This document shows positions 29,846-37,121 of a stretch of 44,088 nucleotides of DNA, in pieces. How positions within the stretch are numbered: position 1 is the first letter of the stretch; each line of letters begins with the position of its first letter. The position numbers were made by a program, and so were the translations under genes. The DNA comes from an uncultured Methylococcus sp. (lineage in GTDB: Bacteria; Pseudomonadota; Gammaproteobacteria; Methylococcales; Methylococcaceae). Under the pieces are notes generated by a model. It saw only the letters and a program-made list of their open reading frames with translations. It ran no database searches and was not told the origin of the DNA. Where the stretch lies: contig CAYQOJ010000004.1 of the NCBI GenBank assembly GCA_964419105.1, positions 10,993 through 55,080 of the forward strand. Reading direction: 5' to 3'.

Positions 29846-30496
29846 TTAGTGACTACACATAGAATGGTCTACTTGGTCTATACTTAGACAGGTTCCTCGC
29901 TTTATTGGCTTTTGAATTGCCAAGGCCTTTGCCTGTCTAGTATCCATGTCTTCTGGGGAAACGGCAAATTCTCCTGCCTCATATCGCTCTTGGAAATTTG
30001 GAACAGCAAATGCTATGTCAAACATATCCACGAACTCTCCAGGCTGTAATGTTTTTTCCTCACGCCAATGCATTTGGTAGCCACCCGCAAACAGTAAAAC
30101 GTCATTATCTTCTAGTTCAAATCTTTCACCCTCTACGACTAAAGCCCATTTGGTATTTGATTCAACCTGATAATCCATTTGAAGTTGATTTTTGGGGGCA
30201 TCCATATGTGGTGGTAATTGTGTGTAGTCTCCATACTTGATGTCATAACAAAATGAAGCATGGTCAGTTCTTTCTAATTCTGGAGATCCCTCACGATGAG
30301 CCACTTCTAAAAACTTTTTCATAACAGAATCTGGGATTGGAATACTGTGATTAATTCTACCCCACCACTCAAACTTCATCTTCTCCGAATACTGTATTTC
30401 GTCTTCACGTACTTTTCTGATAGCCTCTTTAAGTTCTGCACGCTCTTCATCATTAAGAAGATTCTTTACAATCCTTGGCTTAAAATTAAAGTCCAC
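29846..30496 (-). CDS. Cupin/2OG-Fe(II)-oxygenase-like protein (paralog of 26776-27462)
   Basis: Shared blocks are AELKEAIRKVRE, WGRINHSIPIPDSVMKKF, PPHMDA...QMDYQVE, DNDVLLFAGGYQMHWREEK and the tail CLSIDQVDHSMCSH. Confidence 0.6.
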   Translation of the reverse strand: MDFNFKPRIVKNLLNDEERAELKEAIRKVREDEIQYSEKMKFEWWGRINHSIPIPDSVMKKFLEVAHREGSPELERTDHASFCYDIKYGDYTQLPPHMDAPKNQLQMDYQVESNTKWALVVEGERFELEDNDVLLFAGGYQMHWREEKTLQPGEFVDMFDIAFAVPNFQERYEAGEFAVSPEDMDTRQAKALAIQKPIKRGTCLSIDQVDHSMCSH

Positions 30497-31241
30497 CTAT
30501 TGCCTCGCTGTCCTTAAGGAACATCTGTGCAAATCCATAATTGTGTGCAGATCCAAAATGTTGGCTATCAGCACCAGCAATTAGATACATGTCCCCACCC
30601 TTGTGGTTTTGGATGTATTGATAAATTATTTTTGCTAACTCACGATAGTCTGTTTTATTAAAAGATTCAAATTTATCATCATAAAAATCATTTGCTGTTT
30701 GTATATACCCATCGCTAATATCTTCTATGTCCCATGTTCTTGATATCAATTTGATACCATTTGTTTTGCAAAAATTTTCAAACATTAAGTACATCTGTAT
30801 AGAATGTAGAAGCGCAGAGTTTTTATTTAAATGAATTCCTCTCATTATTTCTGGCAAAAGGAAATATATTTCAGATGGCTTACCGTACTTATTTATATAC
30901 TTCATCGCATTGAAAATAATTTCTGTTGATGCTGCTCCTGGATAAGAGAGGTTAAAATATCCGCTAAGTTTTCTTTTCTTAGATAGTTCATTGTATACTA
31001 TCCATGACCAGGTTTTATCTGCATGAATTCCGCATCCATATGTAACTGAGCATCCCAAAAACAGAACATGCTCCCCATCATGATCCTCCTTAAACTCATC
31101 AGACCTAAATCCTAAAGAATTTAGAGTATATTTTACTCCAGCGGGCATCTCATATTCTCTGGATGGATTAATGGTAAAGTCGTATGGACTTTTGATATCT
31201 AAAGATATTGAATCATATGGGTATGGTCTGGCTAATGGCAT
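30486..31241 (-). CDS. SGNH/GDSL-like hydrolase-fold protein (paralog 1 of 3)
   Basis: GFRSDEF...HVLFLGCSVTYGCGI (block I, with GCS in place of GDS) and GADSQHFG (a DxxH-like block V). TATAAT (revcomp, 31248-31253) lies 6 nt upstream of the ATG. Confidence 0.55.
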   Translation of the reverse strand: MPLARPYPYDSISLDIKSPYDFTINPSREYEMPAGVKYTLNSLGFRSDEFKEDHDGEHVLFLGCSVTYGCGIHADKTWSWIVYNELSKKRKLSGYFNLSYPGAASTEIIFNAMKYINKYGKPSEIYFLLPEIMRGIHLNKNSALLHSIQMYLMFENFCKTNGIKLISRTWDIEDISDGYIQTANDFYDDKFESFNKTDYRELAKIIYQYIQNHKGGDMYLIAGADSQHFGSAHNYGFAQMFLKDSEAIGGL

Positions 31242-31248
31242 GTCTTTA

Positions 31249-31515
31249 TTATATCATATTGCGGTTATGCGTCCTTATTCTGTGACAGTTAGCACAAACT
31301 ACTTCGCACTTTTTCATTTCTTTTTCAATTGCTACCCAAGAAAATCCATCATGTACCATTTGAGAAATGTTGTACTTTTTATCACGCAAATGATCAAAGT
31401 CTAAAACTATGGGGTTGTTTTCTCCACAGTCAGCACAGCCTTTTGATTGCTTGAACTCAGCCAAGCGCTTACGGAACTTTTGTCGTTCTTGATAGGCTTT
31501 CTGCTTTTCGGTCAT
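31249..31515 (-). CDS. HNH endonuclease
   Basis: CADCGENNPIVLDFDHLRDKKYNIS...CEVVCANCHRIRTHNR. The start at MTEKQKAYQ is preferred. Confidence 0.8.
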   Translation of the reverse strand: MTEKQKAYQERQKFRKRLAEFKQSKGCADCGENNPIVLDFDHLRDKKYNISQMVHDGFSWVAIEKEMKKCEVVCANCHRIRTHNRNMI

Positions 31516-31649
31516 ATTCTCTTGTCTGTAGGACCCTGCACAGGACGTAATTCCGCTGCCTATGGCCACGGTCACAAAGATAGGTAACTAATCCATCCTA
31601 AGATTCCCGTGCAGGGTTAATTATATTATACTACTTGATTTGTATAACA

Positions 31650-31678
31650 CAAAAGGCGAGAGAAATTAATCCCTCGCC
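31650..31678 (-). terminator. Rho-independent-type terminator
   Basis: On the minus strand GGCGAGGG-ATTAATTT-CTCTCGCC is followed by TTTTGTGTT. It lies 24 nt after the stop at 31702. Confidence 0.6.
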
Positions 31679-31701
31679 TATTGTGCCAACTTACTGTAAG
31701 T

Positions 31702-32040
31702 TTATAGTACCTGATGGCTTCCTGCGCCACCACCGCCACCGCCAGATGACTTCTTTGCTGGAGCCTTTTTAACTGGGGCCTTCTTAGCAGGAGCCTTCTT
31801 TGCAGTTGCCTTCTTGACTGGAACGTTCTTTAGTGCTGCTTCAACATCTTCAACAGCAGGCACACGTCCGAATGATGGGTCATTTGGATTAAGTGCACGC
31901 AATGCTACTGGAGCAATTGCTGCTACAAGTGAGTAAAGCAAGTCTTCTGTTGGAACGCCTGCCATATATAGTGCTGCTGCTGCACCCAGAACTGATCGTC
32001 CGTATGATGCAAGCATAGCCTTTAGTTGTTCATTATTCAT
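31702..32040 (-). CDS. Holin-like membrane protein with polycationic AKKP tail
   Basis: It has two hydrophobic segments (SVLGAAAALYMAG, LLYSLVAAIAPVAL), then RALNPNDPSFG and KKATAKKAPAKKAPVKKAPAKKSSGGGGGG. A GGAGGAAG RBS precedes it. Topology resembles small actinophage holins. Confidence 0.45.
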   Translation of the reverse strand: MNNEQLKAMLASYGRSVLGAAAALYMAGVPTEDLLYSLVAAIAPVALRALNPNDPSFGRVPAVEDVEAALKNVPVKKATAKKAPAKKAPVKKAPAKKSSGGGGGGAGSHQVL

Positions 32041-32052
32041 ATTCTTCCTCCT

Positions 32053-32211
32053 TTAGGATAGAACCTTTACTAGTATACCATAACCAGCCCAAAGGCCGAT
32101 AATTCCTGCCACCCCAGCAAATACTGGAGGTGCTGGAACTGGCAATTTGAATGCAGCAAATACTACGCCACACGCAAAACCTGTAATCACTGATAGTATT
32201 ATGTCTCTCAT
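32053..32211 (-). CDS. 52-aa XapX-like small membrane protein
   Basis: Manual ORF MRDIILSVITGFACGVVFAAFKLPVPAPPVFAGVAGIIGLWAGYGILVKVLS with an ATGA overlap to the upstream gene. The LPVPAPP core recalls XapX-domain (DUF1427) proteins. Confidence 0.5.
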   Translation of the reverse strand: MRDIILSVITGFACGVVFAAFKLPVPAPPVFAGVAGIIGLWAGYGILVKVLS

Positions 32212-32567
32212 TTTGTATCTTTACTTTCTGGAATCATTCCAATTAAATCTTCATAGGCCAACTTTATATCAGGGTCAGAACCGCTGTCCATGGCATCTTT
32301 TAAATTAACTATTTTACTTTGTACAGCCTCTATGTACTCAAAAGCCCAATCTCTAGAAGTATTTAAAAATTTAACAAAGCCTTCATTGTCTGATAGAGAT
32401 TTTTCTGCAAGTGCCTCTCCTAATTTTTTTGATAGAACAAGAACATCTGCCTTTTCTTGTGCAAGTGCAGAAATAGCCTTTGCCAACCTTAATCTCAAAC
32501 TAATTACTTGATATATGGCTGCTCCCAACAAAGCCATAAAGAGTATAAACGATCCAAACTCTACCAC
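32208..32567 (-). CDS. N-terminally anchored coiled-coil membrane protein
   Basis: 119 aa with one TM helix (FGSFILFMALLGAAIYQVISL). It could be a lysis accessory protein. Confidence 0.5.
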   Translation of the reverse strand: MVEFGSFILFMALLGAAIYQVISLRLRLAKAISALAQEKADVLVLSKKLGEALAEKSLSDNEGFVKFLNTSRDWAFEYIEAVQSKIVNLKDAMDSGSDPDIKLAYEDLIGMIPESKDTK

Positions 32568-33055
32568 TTGGACCTACCATCTAGTTTATGAGTTACCCAA
32601 AAATACTTGCATCCGTCACAGCATGGCATATTGTCTTTGCTATTTACGGCATAGGCAAAAGTGTTATAGAACTCTGGATCTTTTTTGTATAGATTGGCAC
32701 GATGGGTTGTAGTTACAAGCCTCATTATTGCTGAATTTTGATACCACTGAGGAAACTCTTTGCCCCACCAATCACCATTTACTGATACAAGACCACGAAT
32801 ATTTTCTTCATTCTTGTCAGTCTTAATGCCACGCTTTTTAGCCTCATCAACCATAGACATAACATATGTATGCAAGATTGACTCAGCACCACGCCACATC
32901 TTTACGGCAGGATGATTGCGCCAACCAGCAAATGGGTCATCACTAGATAGAACCTTCAGAATTTGATACCCCTCAAGTACCTGCTTATTGAGTCGCTTAG
33001 AATCTAGCATGCTTGCTGATGTAGCAAAACTCTTAGACGGCAAGAACGTTTGCAT
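32561..33055 (-). CDS. Pyrimidine-dimer-DNA-glycosylase-related (MSMEG_6728-like) protein
   Basis: MQTFLPSKSFATSASMLDSKRLNKQVLEGYQILKVL...GWRNHPAVKMWRG matches the recalled MQTFLPY.dF..SA..LD..RLgKQR...HPa..MW pattern of that family. Confidence 0.5.
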   Translation of the reverse strand: MQTFLPSKSFATSASMLDSKRLNKQVLEGYQILKVLSSDDPFAGWRNHPAVKMWRGAESILHTYVMSMVDEAKKRGIKTDKNEENIRGLVSVNGDWWGKEFPQWYQNSAIMRLVTTTHRANLYKKDPEFYNTFAYAVNSKDNMPCCDGCKYFWVTHKLDGRSKW

Positions 33056-33291
33056 TATTCTTCTACTCCACCTTCTCGTACCAAAAGTACGATAGCCCCA
33101 TTATCCTCAAGGGCCTTCTTGACCCTCACCATATATTCTACAGCATTACGCTTCTCTTCGTCAAGTAGGGACATGAATTGTTTTTCACTAGCCTTTACAG
33201 TCAAAAAATGATCATGATCAATAATCTGAAGAGAGAAGCCCTTTGGCGCTCTAATAGAGTGGAATGCCATTTTCATTGCATCTGTATACAT
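33055..33291 (-). CDS. Hypothetical protein
   Basis: 78-aa ORF with start and stop overlaps in the operon. Confidence 0.55.
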   Translation of the reverse strand: MYTDAMKMAFHSIRAPKGFSLQIIDHDHFLTVKASEKQFMSLLDEEKRNAVEYMVRVKKALEDNGAIVLLVREGGVEE

Positions 33292-33518
33292 TATTTATCC
33301 TTATTCATACTATCAGTGATTCTTCCCCACTGTATATAATTCCAGCCACGCTCATGAGTATAGTATACAAATATCTTAAGAACAGTTTCCCAGAATGCTA
33401 TGATTCCAGACAACGCTGCACTTCCAGTAATTATATATACCACTAAAAATGAAGATAGGGTACCCCAAATCCTATAACTAAGAGCCTTTACAAATGATCT
33501 ACTTCTTGTTACTTTCAT
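33291..33518 (-). CDS. DUF2061-like small membrane protein
   Basis: The start at MKVTRSRSFVKALSYRIWG was chosen. The YYTHERGWNYIQWG motif is paralogous to 36921-37121 (YYGHERAWTKFG). Confidence 0.55.
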   Translation of the reverse strand: MKVTRSRSFVKALSYRIWGTLSSFLVVYIITGSAALSGIIAFWETVLKIFVYYTHERGWNYIQWGRITDSMNKDK

Positions 33519-33568
33519 GGAAGTATATCCTCTCTTCTGCTTCGGCAATCTTATTCTCAAACAAAATA

Positions 33569-34330
33569 CTATAGACCAAGTTCTTTGCGCTTCTGAGTAG
33601 CCGATATAGCATGAATCTCTGCCCCCAAATCTACTTGTTCGATTTTATAACCAACATCTCTACCATACACAATGTTAGTAATGTTTGGAAGCCTTACCAC
33701 CAATGTGTCTTTGAATATATTTCTGTTATTTTCAAGTATTCGATCTCTAACTTGCGTATAAGTAAGCGGATCTTTTTCCGAAGTTCCATAAGTATTTCTC
33801 ACACCTACTAGCACCTGACTAGTTCTTTTGTGAGCCTCCTCCTTCAATGCCTGATGCCCCTCATGCCATGGCTGATATCTACCAAGTTGCAGGGTACATG
33901 GCGCAGACCAGTCAAACAGATTACCTGCCTGAATAACTGTATCCACTTCCTGTTCTATTGTATACCCATCTAGAATACGAATATCAAATTTGGTTGGCTC
34001 TTGCCACATAGCATTTGTGTCTTCAAATCTCCCAGACTTGATTCTATCAACCCACACAAGAAGGTCTGGCTTTCCAAAAGCATTTCTTGTTTCTTTAGTT
34101 GGACATACAAAATCTACGACTACAGTATTGCCTTGATTAGATAAAAGTTTTGATATCTCTCCAAGTCTTCTGGCATGCTCAACCCTATCCGAAACATCAA
34201 AGCCAAGATCACTATTGATGGTTGCTCTAACCTCATCGGCATTTAGGTGTATAGCATTGATCCGTTCTTTCAATGCCTTTGCCAATACGGTTTTTCCCGC
34301 ACCTGGCAACCCAATAATCTGTATAATCAT
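33569..34330 (-). CDS. Fusion: APS-kinase-like domain plus cytidylyl/adenylyl-transferase-like (HxGH, ISxT) domain
   Basis: N-terminal: GLPGAGKTVLA...LNADEVRATINSDLGFDVSDRVEHARRLGEISKLL, compared with the APS kinase pattern LDGDNVR..LN.DLGFS..DR.ENIRR.GEVAKL. C-terminal: LGRYQPWHEGHQAL (the GxFxPxHxGH motif) and HAISATQKR (ISSTxxR-like). Confidence 0.7.
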   Translation of the reverse strand: MIIQIIGLPGAGKTVLAKALKERINAIHLNADEVRATINSDLGFDVSDRVEHARRLGEISKLLSNQGNTVVVDFVCPTKETRNAFGKPDLLVWVDRIKSGRFEDTNAMWQEPTKFDIRILDGYTIEQEVDTVIQAGNLFDWSAPCTLQLGRYQPWHEGHQALKEEAHKRTSQVLVGVRNTYGTSEKDPLTYTQVRDRILENNRNIFKDTLVVRLPNITNIVYGRDVGYKIEQVDLGAEIHAISATQKRKELGL

Positions 34331-34342
34331 TTACTTCCCAAT

Positions 34343-34636
34343 CTATTTGTCCATTGTTAGTGACTGCCACTTTTCAGCCCACTGAGCCTTGCTCCTGTGT
34401 TTATTGAACTCTCTAGATATTGAACCATCCTCTAGATAAATTCCGCCCCACACGCCCCATTCTTTTTGAGACACTCCAACCGCAAAACACTGTCTTGCAA
34501 CTGGACAATCCGAACAGAGTTTGTCTATTGCTGGTCTTAAGTTTAGGTCGTCTTCATATTTATCAAAAAATAAATTAAAGTCGTAGTCTTTACAGGAGGC
34601 ACGATTTTTCCATTCGTGTCTGTTCATGGGGGTCAC
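34343..34636 (-). CDS. whiB: WhiB-family Fe-S transcription factor
   Basis: Four Cys (C-x26-CSDCPVARQC) followed by the GVWGG turn. Confidence 0.85.
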   Translation of the reverse strand: MTPMNRHEWKNRASCKDYDFNLFFDKYEDDLNLRPAIDKLCSDCPVARQCFAVGVSQKEWGVWGGIYLEDGSISREFNKHRSKAQWAEKWQSLTMDK

Positions 34637-34863
34637 ATCCCAAATTTATTTGGAATATCCCAGCCCTGTTGGGTAGGCTCGTAACGTTTACGAATGATCC
34701 ACTTACCATTTACATATGCACCATCAATTGAAGTTGCACCATTGAGATTCTTTCTGTCCTCTAGAACAGTCCATCCATCCCAAGACAAAGCAGAGTGCTT
34801 ATCTACAATCTGCTCCATTTTTTCTAACGAATTAACTAGCATAGTTACTCCTTTGTTTAACAT
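34633..34863 (-). CDS. Hypothetical protein (alternative start at 34842)
   Basis: 76-aa ORF with an ATGA-type overlap to whiB. Confidence 0.55.
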   Translation of the reverse strand: MLNKGVTMLVNSLEKMEQIVDKHSALSWDGWTVLEDRKNLNGATSIDGAYVNGKWIIRKRYEPTQQGWDIPNKFGM

Positions 34864-34865
34864 TT

Positions 34866-35216
34866 TTAATACCTATATACCCCAACATCAATGTCGTGCT
34901 GTTCTGCGACATCAACTAGTCTTGACACTGGCTCCCTTGGTTTACTAAAAAATGCAAAGTATTCCATATCAGACATGTTTTCTTCTAGCCACCCAGGAGG
35001 TACACGAATAAACTTAATCTTCTTCCCTAGACCCTTCAGAGATCTTTCTGTAATATTAGTAAAAGCAATCCCCATGTTGTTAATAATGTGTGGACCTGCA
35101 GAATAGATGGTTATCTCAGTATCATCATTCTTAAGTCCAGACAGGGCAACACCCATTGCTCTCAAAAATACGTTGTAATCTGAGAAGTTACGGGTTCCTT
35201 GAATCCCCACTCTCAT
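34866..35216 (-). CDS. Hypothetical protein (Rossmann-like?)
   Basis: 116-aa ORF. No function is assigned. Confidence 0.55.
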   Translation of the reverse strand: MRVGIQGTRNFSDYNVFLRAMGVALSGLKNDDTEITIYSAGPHIINNMGIAFTNITERSLKGLGKKIKFIRVPPGWLEENMSDMEYFAFFSKPREPVSRLVDVAEQHDIDVGVYRY

Positions 35217-35619
35217 TTGGTAGTCCTTCCGTTAGTTTGTCTACAATGAACGATATCTTATCTAATTGTACCTTATCCATAGACATGGTGTCAACTATTT
35301 TTGCTGTTTCTTTTTGCACCTCATCACCAGCAGTAACTTCTGCGGTATACAGGCTGTGGTTATGTATCCAATATGCCATTCCATCAAATATGATTACTCT
35401 TTTTTGTGACCTAAGTCTTAGATCCATAGACTGAGTACTCTTGAGTCTACGCAACTCTGTATTGGTTGGAAGAAATGGTTTAACTAATGAAAACATGCCA
35501 CTTTGGCTATACTTAACCCCAACAAATGTTTTTACGTGTTCAGAGACAGCCCTAGAGGCATACTTTGACACAAGAAACATTGTTATCAGAGTTACTATAG
35601 ACCCAAGAAAATATTCCAT
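35188..35619 (-). CDS. N-terminally anchored membrane protein
   Basis: 143 aa with a TM helix (FLGSIVTLITMFLVSKYA). Confidence 0.5.
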   Translation of the reverse strand: MEYFLGSIVTLITMFLVSKYASRAVSEHVKTFVGVKYSQSGMFSLVKPFLPTNTELRRLKSTQSMDLRLRSQKRVIIFDGMAYWIHNHSLYTAEVTAGDEVQKETAKIVDTMSMDKVQLDKISFIVDKLTEGLPNESGDSRNP

Positions 35620-35639
35620 ATATATCCCTAAATATTATA

Positions 35640-36005
35640 CTACTCATCTGCGGACATGAGTCGTATAATCTCCTTTAGGCTATACCACTGGTCTCTCTTT
35701 AAACTCCTAGTCTTTGTTTCATCTAATGCCTTTTCTGTTAGCCTTACGGTTGGATTTGACTCTGTTATGTCCATCTCTATAAAACCATTTTCCCAAAGAA
35801 ACATCATTTCTTTATAGAAATAATTTGACATGTCCTTATGAAGTGCTGGAGAAAATTGTGCTAGTTTTTCTGTAAAAGTATATAGTGGCTCATTGGTCTC
35901 CAGATCAATTCCAACAACCTCTACTGCTCCATTAAGGATTAACTCTTCTAAAAACTTATCTTCTTCACTGGTCACTTTTTGCCCTCTGCTTTGCAAGAGC
36001 ATCAA
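35640..36005 (-). CDS. Hypothetical protein
   Basis: 121-aa ORF. Confidence 0.5.
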   Translation of the reverse strand: MMLLQSRGQKVTSEEDKFLEELILNGAVEVVGIDLETNEPLYTFTEKLAQFSPALHKDMSNYFYKEMMFLWENGFIEMDITESNPTVRLTEKALDETKTRSLKRDQWYSLKEIIRLMSADE

Positions 36006-36372
36006 AGTCCTTTACCTTTGTATCTCCAAGATACCCCCAAGCATAACCTTTTTCGATCATCTCATGGTTTACGGAATTGCCATCTCCATCCAGGTAAAGC
36101 CATCCAAGTATTCTTCCATACTTCTCAGAACTATCAAGTTTTTCAGTCTTAATAACAATATTTTTGGCAGCCTTTAGTCTATCAGTTAAATATTTTTTAG
36201 ACTCAAGTCCAAGAGCCTTTTCTTTTTTATCTGAAGTTCTAGACTCTGGGGTGTCAATGCCAGCCAATCTAACTCGTGAGGCATACATGATACTAAAACC
36301 TAGATCAATTACAACATCGATTGTATCTCCATCTACGACTTTAGTAACTTCTTTAACAAAATACTCGTACAT
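35965..36372 (-). CDS. Staphylococcal-nuclease (SNase/thermonuclease) family nuclease
   Basis: VVDGDTIDVVIDLGF...VRLAGIDTPE...KYGRILGWLYL are SNase hallmark blocks. Confidence 0.8.
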   Translation of the reverse strand: MYEYFVKEVTKVVDGDTIDVVIDLGFSIMYASRVRLAGIDTPESRTSDKKEKALGLESKKYLTDRLKAAKNIVIKTEKLDSSEKYGRILGWLYLDGDGNSVNHEMIEKGYAWGYLGDTKVKDFDALAKQRAKSDQ

Positions 36373-36617
36373 TAGTTTTCACTTCCTATAAGTCTATTCT
36401 CGACAAGCCTATCTCGCTCGTCTGTAATTTCAAATGCAAACTTCATCATTGCATCATATCCCACGGCATTATCCATAATTTTATTATAGTGGTGGGCACA
36501 GAATGTTAGTTCTCCAGAAACCCCTTTAACCATTACGTATGCTTGTGCAGAGCATCCGCCATTATCGCATCTATCAAGTGCAGTAAGCGTCCACTCTTTT
36601 TCTACCATTGTGCTCAT
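36372..36617 (-). CDS. Cys/His-containing hypothetical protein
   Basis: 81 aa with CDNGGCSAQAYV...FCAHHYNK. Confidence 0.55.
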   Translation of the reverse strand: MSTMVEKEWTLTALDRCDNGGCSAQAYVMVKGVSGELTFCAHHYNKIMDNAVGYDAMMKFAFEITDERDRLVENRLIGSEN

Positions 36618-36629
36618 AATTATACCCTT

Positions 36630-36812
36630 CTATTTACGGTTGTCTGTTTTATAAAAACCGCTACCATTAAAAGTAACTGCTACAGCAGAGTATACACGAT
36701 TTAACTTATATCCGCAAGTCTCACATAGATACTCTGGTTCAGGTGCGGAGATTGATCTCTCTTTTGTTACCTGTGAATCACAATTAATACAGGAGTAATC
36801 ATAGGCTGGCAT
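36630..36812 (-). CDS. FmdB-family zinc-ribbon protein
   Basis: MPAYDYSCINCDSQ...YLCETCGYKL is a CxxC-x(n)-CxxC arrangement with the typical MP.YdY.C start. Confidence 0.7.
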   Translation of the reverse strand: MPAYDYSCINCDSQVTKERSISAPEPEYLCETCGYKLNRVYSAVAVTFNGSGFYKTDNRK

Positions 36813-36921
36813 TCTTATTTTTCTTTTTCTCTTTCACATACCATATTGGTAAATTAAGATTGTCTCCAGACCACTCATAGCCAAGTGCCTTTACGACAAA
36901 TCTAATAATCTTAATTCTCAT
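36799..36921 (-). CDS. Possible 40-aa basic peptide
   Basis: MRIKIIRFVVKALGYEWSGDNLNLPIWYVKEKKKNKNASL. The ATG overlaps the upstream stop. Confidence 0.3.
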   Translation of the reverse strand: MRIKIIRFVVKALGYEWSGDNLNLPIWYVKEKKKNKNASL

Positions 36922-37121
36922 TATGCAACATTCCTTCCAAATTTGGTCCAAGCACGTTCGTGCCCATAGTATATTATACTCTCTACAAGCGTTTGTGTCA
37001 AGGAGAGGGCGACAGCAGCAACCCAATTTCCAACAAAGAAATAGGCCACTACTGCCACCATAGCGATATTGACTATATACCAAGATACAGACTTATATAC
37101 GCTTCTTCTCCTTGACTCCAC
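36921..37121 (-). CDS. DUF2061-like small membrane protein
   Basis: RSVYKSVSWYIVNIAMVAV...ESIIYYGHERAWTKFG. It is a paralog of 33291-33518. Confidence 0.55.
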   Translation of the reverse strand: MESRRRSVYKSVSWYIVNIAMVAVVAYFFVGNWVAAVALSLTQTLVESIIYYGHERAWTKFGRNVA

